Source of the DNA: Octopus vulgaris
Taxonomy: Eukaryota
DNA: 64,000 nt
Direction: 5' to 3'
Assembly (NCBI GenBank): GCA_951406725.2
Contig: OX597814.1
Coordinates: 127,658,001-127,722,000 of the forward strand
Of this stretch, positions 38,607 to 52,442 are shown piece by piece. Position numbers and translations under genes: made by a program. The notes beneath the pieces are model-generated. The model had not been told where the DNA came from. It was given only the letters and a program-made list of their open reading frames with translations, and did no database searches. Positions within the stretch are counted from its first letter, which is position 1; each line of letters opens with the position of its first letter.

Positions 38607-38761
38607 AGGAAGTTAAATGTTATGGCCAGTCATAGAGTGACCATTGGTTTCACATCTGTAAGTGACCCATCAGACTCAAATGGCCATTTGAGTCTCACAA
38701 GTTGCTTGTAGACTCAAAACCAATGGTCACTCTATGATTGGCCAATAACATTTAACTTCCT
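38607..38761. repeat. 155-bp fold-back palindrome (MITE-like)
   Basis: aggaagttaaatgtta..caaatgg|ccatttg..taacatttaacttcct, centre at 38683/38684. Confidence 0.85.
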
Positions 38762-38786
38762 AAAAAATATATGACTGCTCTTAGAG

Positions 38787-39061
38787 CAGTGGTTCCCAGA
38801 GTGAGTGGTATTGTCCCCCTGGTTGTAATGGAAAGTTCCAAGGGAGCATCGAAGAAAAGTGAGGCAATAACGGGATAACGATTCATGTAAAAACAACAAA
38901 ATAATGGGTTCGTTAGGTTAAGTTTTATTTGTGAAATACAGTTGCTTTGAATGTGCTTCAGAAAGTGCTCTATGTTTGTGATGGTTAGTTGGGGTGGAGG
39001 CGCTAGGAATATGGCCTGGGTGTCAAGGGGGCAGCAGCCTGAAAAAGTTCAGGAACCACTG
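38787..39061. mobile_element. hAT (Charlie-like) MITE
   Basis: TIRs CAGTGGTTCC../..GGAACCACTG; imperfect 8-bp TSD TCTTAGAG/CTTTAGAG. Confidence 0.8.
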
Positions 39062-39119
39062 CTTTAGAGTGTGCTTCTTTTTCAGATATATGAACTACTG
39101 ATGATATACACAGTCATGC

Positions 39120-40100
39120 GGTATTGGCATCAGCCATGTTTGGATGGTGCTTTTTACATGCCACCAACACAGGAGCCAGTCGGGGCGACAGGGCTGGCAT
39201 CAATCATGTTCAGATAGTGCCTTTGTGTGTCACTTGCACAAGGACCCAGTCAGGTGGCACTGGCAATGACCCACACATGAATGGTACTTATTGCGTGCCA
39301 CCAGCATGGGAGTCAGTCAAGTGGCACTAACATTGGCCACAACTACAATTTCCGTCTGATTTTGATTTACTTGACTTAATAGGTTTCCTCAAGCACAGCA
39401 TGTCACCCGACAATCCAAAGGTACTTTTCTAAGTGGGCTGGTTATGCGACACTGGTGTAGGCTACGGCTGTGATCTCACTTTACTAGCTGGGTCTTCTCA
39501 GTCACAGCATATCTCCAGAGGTCTCAGTCTTTCGTCATTGCCTCTGTGAGGCCCAAAGTTCAAAGTTCATGCTTCACCACCTCATCCCATGGGTTTCTTC
39601 CACTGTTAGGGTGTGACACTTCATCACACAACTCTCCTCATCCATACACAGCACATGACCATACCAGCGCTGTCATCTCTCTTGCACACCACATCTGTTA
39701 CTTCTTATGTCTAACCTTTCTCTCAAGGTGCTTACACTCTGTTGTGTCTGCACACTGACATTACACATCCAGCAGATCATACTAGCTTCATTTCTTTCAA
39801 GCCTATGTGTGTCCTCAACAGTCATGGCCTATGTTTCACTGCTGTGTAGCATGGCTGTTTGAACACATGCATCATACATTCTACCTTTCACTCTGAGTGA
39901 GAGGCCCTTGCTACCAGCAGAGATAGGAGCTTTCTGAACTTTGCCCAAGCTATTCTTATTCTAGTAGCAATGCTCTGAGAGCATCCACCCACACTACAGA
40001 TTTGGTCACCCAGGTAGCAGAAGCTATCAACTACTTCTAGATTTTCCCTCTAGCATGTGATGGAATCTGTTTTCTCTACATCTTCGGTGTTTATTGCCCC
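39120..40100 (-). mobile_element. Degenerate RTE LINE 3' portion
   Basis: Reverse complement of sequence homologous to about 30720-31600. Confidence 0.8.
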
Positions 40101-41545
40101 TGTAATAAACAGAAAAACTATCTTCTCAGTTAACCAACTATCTTCTCAGTTAACCTTCCTTTGGTATTGCTATATGTGTCCATACATATATTGTGTGTTT
40201 GTGTATGTTACTGTCTATATTTGTTCCATCCCCCCCCCCCCGCCCCCATGCCTACCACCACTTGATAACCAGTATCAGTGTGTTTAATGTCCCTGTAACT
40301 AAGTAGTTCAGCTGAAAGAGACTGATAGAATAAGTATTAAGCTTAAAAAAATAAGCTCTGGGGTCAATTTGTTCAGCTAAAACCCTTCAAGGCGGTGCCC
40401 CAGCATGGCCACAGTCAAGTAAATAAAAGATTAAAAAAATGTGTCAGTGGCTTGTTTATAATTTATAGTATTCGTCACACTTGTACACTGTAGTAATATC
40501 AGTCCAAACAGGATATGAAATCAAATCACTTGCCAAACAAATATGCATTCACACACACGCACTAATCCACACAGACATAAACTCACATGTATGCATACAC
40601 ACATTTCTTTCTTCCTTCCTTCCTTCCTTCCTTTGTTGTATATATGTGGAAGGTGACTTCATTTGACACACTATATTGAAACCGAGACTATTATATCTAG
40701 GAAGTAAGATGACTGCTATTTCAAGTAGTCTATCAATTTCATTTTCTTTTGGAATGAGATAGTGTACCACCCCATTCTGCTGCTTGGGCAACTTTCAGTG
40801 CCAAAGTTTTTTTACAAGGCCTTCCAGGATTTTCCAGTTGTATATCACTGCATATCTTTCCAGCCTTTGTTCTTGGGAGAAGAGTTTTAATTCTTTCAGT
40901 CTTTCCCAGTAGCTAATATGTTGCTCGTGTAGCTTTGTTAGATTGCTTCAAGTTATGCCATTCATTTTATATTGTATAGTGACCTTAGTTGGCAACAGTA
41001 GTCCTAGCGGCTATATATATATATATATATATATAACTAGCACTTCAGTAAGACATCTGTTCTTCTCCCTCTATCATAGTGTCTTTCTCCAGTCTATACC
41101 ATCACATGCTAAGGGGAAAAATTTATAATTATGTTTGTAGTAATAATTAATAGTATTAATCATAATAAAGTGCTAATCAGTTAAATGTAATTTTATTAAT
41201 TTACTAGTAGGTGGTTAAGCCCTGCCACCTGTTGTCCAAAGTGAGATAGGCCAAGGTCCAACGTTCAATGTAATTGGTCAGTTGAAATTAATTGCATTGA
41301 GTTAATAAATAATGAATGATGTAAGCCAATTGTTGTTCATCAGTACTTTCTGTTTTCTTTAGATTTTGATTCTTGATAAACCCATGTTTATCCTTGTCTT
41401 TACCTGTAATTTAGGAGCATAATATGTTTGCATATGTATGTCCATATGCTTAGCATAGGTAATATACCGTAGTGTAATGGATACAACTATCCCTTAGATG
41501 GTTATTTTAACCTCTAACTCAACTAACCTTTGATATATATGTATG

Positions 41546-41588
<43 letters not shown>

Positions 41589-42410
41589 TTTTCCATGCTT
41601 ACATGTATCAGGTAGATTTTGTTTGGCTGGATGCTCTTTCTGTTGCCAAACTTCACCTGTTTCCATGTAGGGTAATATTTCACCATATCCAGACATGATT
41701 TCTTGGAAGATTAGAAACAAAATACGCCCTTGCATGACATTGACAGCTATTTTGTGATGTCAAGTCAAGGACTCAGTAAACACACACAATGAATGAGAGA
41801 AAATGGACTGAATGACTTTCTTTATTTCAAATCGCTACAATTGTTTCCACACATTGTTTCACCTATTGTACCTGAGGAGATGATTTAATTAACCTATCAT
41901 ATAATAACTATCACCCATTGTTTTAAATAATTCCTTTGTTAGGTCAGACTGACATTTCACTCAGTATGAATAAGAATCCCCAAAGTAGTGAGCTATTTTT
42001 GTCAATTTTCACACAGAACTAAACCCATAGATATAGTGACACACAAACCACAATTATAATCAAAAAATAACTATGTCAAGTTAATTATAGATTATATTAC
42101 TATCTTCGTGGTCAGATTATAAGGAAGAAAAAGAAGAGTAAAATAAGATAATAATGTAATAAAGTGATAAATACTGACCATTTCTGTATTTATCAACTGT
42201 TTATTAGAAAAGCATCTAAGCTACCCTCTGTCTCTTACAACAAAACATGACTCCATTATGAAGTTAATTTATGACTGCCTCACTTTTATATCCTGTTTTG
42301 AAACAATTAGAAAAGTAAGTTACTCAGCAAACTCTCCCCTGCATACATATTCTTTCATATACCCACATACAAGGTAGTAGTGTATTTAGTTTTATATATA
42401 TATATATATA

Positions 42411-42558
42411 TTCATTTAGAGATAGTAGGCTCCTTCATCTCACCATATAAAAAAGAATTTTTATTTTAAATACCTACTCTTTTATAAAGGAGTAGGTATT
42501 TAAAATAAAAAGTCTTTTTTATATGGTGAGAGGAAGGGGCCTACTATCTCTAAATGAA
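42411..42558. repeat. 148-bp spacer-less palindrome with a one-sided tail to ~42631, within (TA)n
   Basis: ttcatttagagatagtagg..tttA|Taaa..cctactatctctaaatgaa, centre 42484/42485. Confidence 0.85.
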
Positions 42559-45500
42559 AATATATATTTCTTCATTGAGAATAATTTGAACCCCTGTTAA
42601 GCCGGAATTTTTATTCCCTAACAAATAAAATTATATATATATATATATATACCCACATACAGGGTAGTGTATTTAGTTTTATGTATGTATATATATATAT
42701 ATACCTACACACAGGGTAGTGTATTTAGTTTTATATATATATACACACACACACACATTTATTTATATACCTCACATCTCTTTCTTCTCTCTGACTTTAT
42801 CTCTCTCACTTTCCAGGCAATGAATTCACCACTTCAGTAAGACATCTGTTCTTCTCCCTCTATCATAGTGTCTTTCTCCAGTCTATACCCCACTCAGTCG
42901 AAGGGTCTTATTTTGCAGGTACTCTGCAACCTCACCTGTACTGGTGTGTCATGTAAAAAGTGCCCAATACACTCTGTTAGGTGACTGGCATTAGGAAGGG
43001 CATCCAGCTGTAGCAACTATGCCAAAGCAGACATAGAACCTGGCAGAGCCCTCTGGCTCGTTTGTTCTTGTTGAACTGTTTAACCCAGTGTTTCTCAACC
43101 TTTTTACCCTTGCGTAACCCTTAAAATAGATTACAAATCTCAAGGGACCCCTGCACAAAAAAAATTATATACCACATCTTTCTCATATTTTTTTCATCAT
43201 AATTCATGTTGTAAATATATATATTTGTTATATTTTTTTGATAACATAATAGGTTAGATAGGATGGTGTCTATATTACATCATCATCATCGTTTAACATC
43301 TGCTGTCCATGCTGGTATGGATTGGACAGTTTGACTGCGGACTGGCAAGCCAGAAGGCTGCACCAGGCTCTAGTCTGATCTGACAAGGTTTCTACAGCTG
43401 GATGCCCTTCCTAATGCCAACCACTCCAAGAGTGTAGTGGGTGCTTTGTACATGCCACTGGCACAAGAGCCAGTCAGGCGGTACTAGCATCGACCACATT
43501 TGAATGGTGCTTTTTACATGCCACCAGCACAGGAGCCAGTCAGGCAGAACCAATAATTTGTTGTGCATGTATAGTAATATTACGATCATGAAATTAGCAT
43601 TAGCTTATCTTACTCTTTATCACAGAACCCCAAGGAATCATGACAGCATGGACAAAAGGACATTAAATAATGATGATATGTGCACATATATATTTCTTAC
43701 ATTTGTTATTACTAATTTTAGTACATTCTTATTGTTTTAAATTTGCAGTTTCATTTTGATGAAAATACCAACTACTTCAGAGCAAAACTTGTCATTATAG
43801 ATTACCTGCATTTAGCATCTGTTACTGTCACTAATTCCCACTTCATTCGTTGTTTTCATTTCCCCTCTACCAGCATGACCGATGTGAAATACATTGCATT
43901 TTATAATATACTAGTGTAAGACGGCAAGCTGGTAGAACCGTTTGTACACCAGGTGAAATGCTTAGTGGTATTTCATCTGTCTTCATGTTCTGAGTTCAAA
44001 TTCTGCTGAGGTTGATTTTGCCTTTCATCCTTTCTGGGTTGATAAATTAAAGTACCAATTGCATACTGGAGTTGATTTAATTGACTGGCCCCCTCCCCCA
44101 AAATTTTGGGCCTTGTGCCTAGAGTAGAAAAGATTATATAATAGTGTTCCCCATGTCATCAATAATGCTGACACTTTTGTGAATGATGGAAAATGATACA
44201 TCAACACAATGGGAGAAACCATTGCTAAACGTCAGCAATCTAGTATGTGTAAATGATGTTTAAGAGAATCACTAGCCATTCCTTGCCTTCACAACTCCTC
44301 ATTACTTAATAGATTCTCAGATGTAATCTTGTCTTGTAAACACAAGTACTTGTCTTTCATGCATTTTATCAAATTTTTGTAATCCCATATCTATAAGTAT
44401 CCATACTCAAAATTAACCTTGAACTAAAACAAAGTCAGCCTAGCAACTTACTACTTAACAAATATGTGGTCTGATCAATAACTATCCGGATTGTTACCCT
44501 AGTAACAAAGCTAAAGCACACAGAGTGAAGCCACTTGGCACAGATTGACCTTGAACTTTGCTATGCATGTGGACTAAGTTTTAACATTCCAGCTCACTTT
44601 GTGTTATGCATTGAAACTGACCTAAAATTATGTGGTTGGCAAGTAAACTTCTTACCATCCAGCCACCCCTGCACTTATCATTATCATCAACATTATCATC
44701 ATTTAATGTCTGTTTTCCATGCTGCATGGGTTGGGCAGTTCCACAAGAACCGAAAAGTCCTAAGACTGTACCAGTCCCTGATGTCTGCTTTCGCATGGTT
44801 TCTATTGTTAGACGCCCTTCCTAACACCAAATATCTCAGTAATATTTCACCCATCTTGTATCTTTCATTCAGTCAATTCATATCCATTACTGAATCTGTT
44901 TGATGCCCAGTTCTCTTAATTTGCTTAACCTTCCCCACTCTCACAAGTTCAGATTGTGGTTACATTATTTTTCACTCATCACTGCTGTCTCTGCTCTCAC
45001 TTCATATCATCACTACTATGATGAACCCTGCTTTGAAATCATCTTTTAACAAGGAATATTTATATAAAATTTTAAAACTGTCATCTAATTTAATCATGTT
45101 TCTATTAGTTTCATAAATATCCATAAAACATCAGCCTTTAGTTTGGTGCTGCTGTCAAAATTACTCTTTGTTGAAGATTCCTTAATTGCAAGACTTAAAG
45201 AATAGTATTTATTATTTAAATGTAAGCAAATCATTAAACTATTAAATAAATGATATAAATTGCTTGTATAAAGGTTGGTAGCTATAACTGAACGGTTATT
45301 GGGATGATTGTTTCCCATTTTTCCTTTCATTTTTTTTTTATCATTTTCATTCACTAAAATTTATATGTTGAGTATCATGACACATAGATAAAAAAGTATT
45401 GTGTCACATAGCTAAAAATGTCTCATTGCATAGCCAAGGTTTAGGTGATTGGTTTTCCGTTTTATATTAATTGTAATAAAATTAACCTTACTTAGATAAG

Positions 45501-48359
45501 CATAATACACTAGTATAGTTTGCTAGTGTATTCAAAAAGAAGTTTTTTTGATTGCTCTCTATTTTTTTTTTTTTACTTTATTGATATCATATAACTTTTA
45601 TGGACATGTAACTGGTTTTACTTTTTATCTGGATATATTCAGTATTATATAGGCCGTCACAGTAGACTAGTAGATTTTTCAAAAGATTTCCTCTTCAGCC
45701 ACAAACTTGTTTTTGATTGCTCCTTTCATTTTATTTAACTTTATTGATATAATGGGATAAGCTTGTTTGGAATTTATTATTTACATATTTTCTTGTTTCT
45801 TTGCTGCTATCTGAATGTTTCTATTCAACTAATTGTGATTAAAGATAGGTATTTTGTAAGCTATGCATGTTCTTATTTGAGAGTGCCTTGTCCTAAATAC
45901 ACATGTCATCAAGATTGCTGGGCTGAGAACATGTGTACCTTACTGAAAGCCTGTCGTGTGTATCAAAGGGAGGCTAAAGGACATTCATGGACCACAGCAT
46001 TGGTCTCCAAAACTCCACTTTAAAGACATTTTAAACTAGAACTTCAGTGTCTTTGACATTAACTAAAATAGTGAGAGACTGCAGTTGGTGACAAACATTT
46101 GTGGAGGTTGGCAGTCCCACAAGCTTGATGGAAATTAGTCAAAAACGATAAATAAGGAAGCGACAAGAAGAAAGCAAGAAAACAATTCATTTTGAAACAT
46201 GTTGGGACAGTCAATGTAAACAGTAGTAATAGTAGTTGTTGTAATAATAATGGTGTTTTCTTTAGAGCTCAAAGAAATAGAAAAAATATAAATTTCGTAT
46301 ATATATATATATGCACATACACGCATGTATACATATACACACACAGATCTGCATGGAAATAAAGAAGTACAATAAAACACAATAATTAAAACAAGATATG
46401 ATTAGAATAAAAATAGATTTGTGGTTAAGTTAGGTTAGGACACTCTACAACCCCATTCTCTCAAACCATGTCTCCAATTGGGTTTAAGTGCAACCAAATG
46501 CGCTCCTATGCAGAAGTGTTTGTCTATATTAACTATCTCAAAAGATAGTTAATATAGAAAAACACCAATGTCTTGAGGGCATTCTCTTTTAAGTTCAGTG
46601 GGGTTTTTTTATCTTTTGTACTATCGTAACTTTTTCAGAAAGTCTGTGGCATCAGGAATGCATAATTTTGTCTTTTAACCGTTTGTTTGATTTTTTTAAA
46701 GTCCAGTTCATCTTTGTTCTTTTAATTTTCTTTACTATTTTCCTGAGTTTTGTCATTTGAAAGAAATTGTTCTCCTCAGCTGTTTTCTCTTGTATTATGT
46801 TGAGTTTTCTTTTTTTGTGATTCTTTTTTCTTTTGTATTTTCATCAACTATTTGTAAATTTTCATGTGTAATTAATTCATCCTAATACCACAATGAAGGT
46901 GTGGTACCACTGCTTATTGGCACTGTTAAGGGACAAGGTGTTTGATCATTTATCTCTACATGACAGTAAGATGTTTCCTGCTATCCCTACATTTTTGGCT
47001 GGTGATACTCCAGAAACTAGGATTTGTTGTTCTTCTTACTATTGCTGTTGATCTTCTATCAAATACAGCAACTATATTTTTTGCATTGTATTATTAATCT
47101 CGTGCTCTTTGTCTCAGTGCCTTCTACTAGTCACAATTTTGATACGGCTGTCTGGCCTTTGGATGTCATTAGGACTTGTAAATCCATTTTGACACCCGCT
47201 GAACATTTGTTGCCTTTTGTTAACACTACTTTGGTCACACGTCCATACTGTGTTTGTTGCCCATAAATGTGACGACAGCCATCAATGTCCATCATTTCTG
47301 ATGACTCTTATTGTCACTCTTGTGTTTCTTTGACTCATATACTTGGTCACAAATGCATAGTCAGAGCTGTATTTGACAATTACAGTCTGTGTTGGCCACA
47401 TTATGACAGATAGTGCAGATAGTGCCACAGCTTTTGCTTTTTCAATGGAAACAACTGCTTTCATTGTGTCCTTTGGAATCTTTTGCGCTACTTGACTTGA
47501 GGGAAAATTTAATTCACTTCTGTCTTTTTGTAAGCAGAGATAGTCTTCCAATGAGATTACTTTATATAGTATGCTGAGGCACAATTAACCCATACATAGA
47601 ATATGAATGTTTGTGATGACACATAAAAGTTGAAAACGGGCATTTATTTCTCACTCAGAAATTACTAATATGTTCCAGTTCTATCTGTGTGACTTTGTCA
47701 AGGTGCAAATGTGATGCACAATTTCTATGTGCCCCACTTCTATGCTGCTACCTTCTTAACATTATCATCATCATCATCATCATCGTTTAACGTCCATTTT
47801 CCATGCTAGCATCAGTTGGATGGTTCGACCGGGTTCTGGGAAGCCAGGAGGATGCACCAGGCCCAGTCTGATCTGGCAGTGTTTCTACAGCTGTATGCCC
47901 TTCCTAACGCCAACCACTCCGTGAGTGTTGTGGGTGCTTTTTACATGCCACCGGCGCAGGTGCCAGGGGAGGCTGGCAACGGTCACAATCGGTTGGTGCT
48001 TTTTACGTGCCACTGGCACGGAAGCCAGTCAAGGCGGTGCTGGCATCGGCCATTATGTGCATTCTCATTCTGCAGACAGTACATACATACAAATTTCTTG
48101 TATAGACTTCTTGTATGGCTCTCACTAACATCTTTGTTTGACACCTTGTGAAATATCAGTACTCTTCACTTAATACAAACTTTCATTGTTTTGTGATTGG
48201 CTTTTGTCATCCATAAAGTAAGTGCAGTATTGTAAGCCAAAGTCAAATGATGAGGTAAATTCAAATTTAAGCTGTATTAGCATAAGTTCAAACAATTCAA
48301 AATATAGACATCTACTATCAAAATATCTACTATTTACTTTGCTCTGAGACTTTTTCATT

Positions 48360-48555
48360 TGGCTTTGAATTTATTTTAATCTGCTTCGAGTTTGTATTTT
48401 TAAAGTTGCTTTGAGTTTATTTTAATTTGCTTCAAATTAATTTCTAATTTGCTTCAAATTATTTTAATTTTCTTCAAGATCTTTTTATATTTGCTTCAAG
48501 TTATTTTAAAATTTAATTCTAGTTTATTTTAATTTGCTTTGAGATTATTTAATTT
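48360..48555. repeat. Degenerate AT-rich ~20-bp tandem repeat
   Basis: Units like ttattttaatttgcttcaag. Confidence 0.75.
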
Positions 48556-51129
48556 GTACAGAAATATCTATACATAGTGTATTTAGATAGCTCTGTATAT
48601 GGTATGTCTAAACATTCCTATACATAGTGTATCTAATCATCATCATCGTTTAACGTCCGTTTTCCATACTAGCATCAGTTGGATGGTTCGACCGGGGTCT
48701 GAGGAGCCAGGAGGCTGCACCAGGCTCCAGTCTTATCTGGCACTGTTTCTACAGCTGGATGCCCTTCCTAACGCCAACCACTCAGTGAGTGTAGTGGGTG
48801 CTTTTTACATGCCACTAGCACAGGTGCCAGGGGAGGCTGGCAACAGCCACGATTGGTTGGTGCTTTTTAAGTGGAGCTTTAGGTGTTTTCACTCAATAAA
48901 AACTCACAATGCCTGATCTGGGAATCAAAACTGCGATCCTACAACTGTGAATCCACTGCCCTAACCACTGGGCCATTGCGCCTCCATATATATATATTTA
49001 TATATATATATACACACACACACAGTAGTCTTTTTTTCAAGACAGTAGTGTGTAAGTGAAGGGAAGTTTGGCTGTTATTTCTAGCAGGCCAGCAGATGCT
49101 GAAACTCCCTTGCCTTGGTGGCTCAATGTTTGTTGTTTACATTGTTTCTTTTCTTTTCCCTTTTCTAATAAGAAATATATGACTATGCATTTGTCCTGTT
49201 TCATTGTATAAACACATCAACAATGTGGCGTGATCTTAAATGTGGTGTGACAAGTCCACACCTTTGTCACGCTCTTCTTATATCTTGTTTCTTTTTCTTT
49301 TTCCATAAAATTCCGTTCTGATTTCATGAAATTATGCTTTATGAAATAGTTATCATAGTCAATTATAGAAGTCAATTCTAGTAAATTAATCACGTTGAAA
49401 GTTTTGTTATATCTGGTAACTCTTAACAAATTCATGAATCTTAAATTCATTATATGCAATAATTCCATTTTATTCATTTAATGCATCAACATTCTACCTA
49501 CCCTAGTATGTACATACCATCCCTTCTATATTTTAGTTGTACCTTATACATTTAGTGTAAAACACATATTTGGAAGATTACCAAGTTTTGTCATAAGTAC
49601 AGTTTCATTATATCTCAATTCTGTTAGTGACCAGGTTGCAGAACTACAACAAAACCTTTTGACTCTTTATAGTACACCATATTCTTAAGCAGTAAATGAA
49701 AATGACGGTAACATTTTTTTTTTTTTTTAATCGTGAGCATCAGTCTTAAGTCTCAACACATATTCTCAGATTAAGTCTTTTATTAATCAAATATATTCTG
49801 TATATACTTGTGTATAAGTTGCCCAATTTTACTAACAATATCCTTGGCTCAGTTCTTGATTCATATATGTCACATGCTCTTATCATCAATATATGCTTAG
49901 ATGAAGTTTCCATCAAAATATTCCAAATTGATATATTTTCTCTCCATAAAATAACTAATAAAACTATTTGTAAATATATTCTTTGGTAGCTCTTAACAAA
50001 TTAAACCTTCATTAATGAGCTCTTAATTTTCTATATGCAACCATTCTATTATACTTATTTAATCCATCAATGCATGTTATTAAATTTCATCATGAATTAC
50101 AAAATAACAAAATACCAGCTGCCTTGCTATAAACATACATTTCTTTGTATTTCAGTTATATCATACATTTTGTGTTTAAAACATATTTGAATGATTATTG
50201 AGTAGATCAAATTACATATCACCAATATACAGGCAATATACTGCAAGTCTCTGCTTTAGTTCCATTGCTTTCCTATTTTGTTAATAAGAGATAAATTTAC
50301 CAACAGTAAATTCCTTGCTTCAGAAATTACTACTAGCAGGGAAAAGTTGAAATTTCACATTGTATATATTTTCTTATTTCTGTTTTGATGTATAAATTTA
50401 TGGATGTTCATAACATTGTTTCATTATATTAAAAATCTTGATTATGTCTTTGATTTCATTCCATTGTTAAAGTTGTTAAAAGCATAACGCTGAAACACAA
50501 ACTTCAGGATAGTTTGAACAATATATGTATTTTGACTTTAATAGTAAACGAATAATTATAGTGTGCTATGAGCTACATACTATTGAGGATAATGTTAACT
50601 GATATAAAATGTTGTAATGTAATACGCTTTTAACAGAAATATATTGTTACAATTACAAGGTTTCGTTTTTATTTACTCGATTTTCCTTAAGCAATGCTAT
50701 AACCAAACAAATGAAAATATACTGTAAATTATTACAAACAGTATATCATATGTACAACATAGGTTATTTCAGTATTTTTTATCAAGTATCGTAAGAAAAC
50801 CCTAAAAATGATTCATTTTCCACGATCACTCTTGAATACTCTTATCATTATATCATCACCAAGTTCAGCCCTAATGGAATAATAACATAGGAGTGAATGT
50901 AAAAGAAAATGGCATCACTCGGAACTGTGCAATTCCTTTGCAGAGTTCTTGAAATCATAATGAAGTGTGTTACTTTAGTCTATTGATTGTTATATTACCT
51001 GGTGAAGTTGCTATGTTAAAAACTACTACAACAACAATGATTATAACAATTGCAACAACAGTAATAATTGTCCAATACATATTGTCCTCTTGCTCACATC
51101 CCTGAATGAATTCTTTAAATAGTTCTTTG

Positions 51130-52200
51130 TCCTCAATCCTGTGTATTTGAAATGCCACACATTTTGAAAGACTTCACAATCATGTCATTAGGGTTTCTCT
51201 CCCAAATATCTTAGTGTCTTTTACCTGTTTAATGACTATCTAGACCTTGATGTTTTAAGACATCTTCCCATGTCATCAGGTATTTGTTTAGTGAAACCAT
51301 TCATGTATTCTGTAATTTACTGATATGTGTTTTAAAAATGTCAAGTTGAGTAAAATATCCAGAGGTTACAGAACCAGTTACAGAATCTTGGAATGACAAT
51401 TTATCTTCTGTTTCATTTCAGTTTTTGTGTATTTAATCTGCACAAATGTGCATATAATTGATCCCACATTGACAAAAATGCTATTTCAAATCAAGATGCC
51501 TTTTAATCATATTTTGTTTAGCCAAATGTCTTAAAATCCTGTCCATCTCTCTTTTGGGGTACACTTTGACTAGCACACCATTTGGAAAATATTCTTTGGT
51601 TTGGTTTTCTTTTCAAAAATTACTATAGATTTAAACTTGTCTCCTTCAGCCATGCAAACTAAAACTAACTTGAAATATTGTTTGTTATGGCCTGTGATTT
51701 TGGCACTGACATTATAGTGTCTTGTAAAGCCTGCTGCAGCATTGCTTGGCATGTAAAAAAGTCTGTAGTATCATCTGTATTTCTGATTGACAACAAATTA
51801 TCATCACAAAACAGTTAACATTCATTAATCACACTAACTTTTGAAATCTTTGAACTTCAGCCAATACACTTTGGTAATTTTTTTTTAATAATATGAGTTC
51901 TTTAGTGTAATGTTTATCCATTTCACAATCCTGATACTGCTAATACATGGAATTCTTGTGTGAGATTGTATTTTGAATTCATGAAAAATAGTACTGTTTT
52001 TGTCCTAATAAACAATAAATCCATTTGAAAGTAGTTTACACACCTATAAAGGCATTCTCTAGTTTCTTATTACCTGCTTTGCTTTTGGCATATTCTTAAA
52101 ATGGTATCTAAATTTTTTATCACCAATCCCTTGCCGCTGTTTCATTCTCAGCTCTATGATTGTCATTCTGTTTATCTTATTCAATAACTAGTTTAAAACT
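51130..52200 (-). pseudogene. Highly decayed pogo/Tigger-type DDE transposase remnant
   Basis: Minus fragments TGHNKQYFKLVLVCMAEGDKFKSIVIFEKKTKPK, ..PLDI.., KSFKMCGISN resemble pogo DDE_1 motifs. Confidence 0.65.
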
Positions 52201-52409
52201 AGTTTCATAATATATAACACTTGCTTACACATAGTACTAGTATTTATCAAGATTTCATATAAGAATATTTTATTGTATAGAGAATAGAATACCCTTTAAC
52301 ATTATAACCTTTTTTTTTATAAATGAAAATATCTATGACACTAAAACAAATCTCATACAGCATTGAAGTACATTCAATACTCATTCATTCATGAAAATGT
52401 TTAATTTAT

Positions 52410-52441
<32 letters not shown>

Positions 52442-52442
<1 letters not shown>

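Noticed and set aside
41830-41880. Minus-strand GAAACAAUUGUA half-hammerhead
   Set aside because: No matching CUGANGA or helix I partner found nearby.
45655-45710. Minus-strand CUGAAGA..GAAA sharing a 16-mer with the 37.7-kb hammerhead
   Set aside because: Helices I and II are weak and helix III is not palindromic; compatible with chance.
46500-47600. Possible decayed transposase on the minus strand
   Set aside because: Too many stops and no motif I could identify with confidence.
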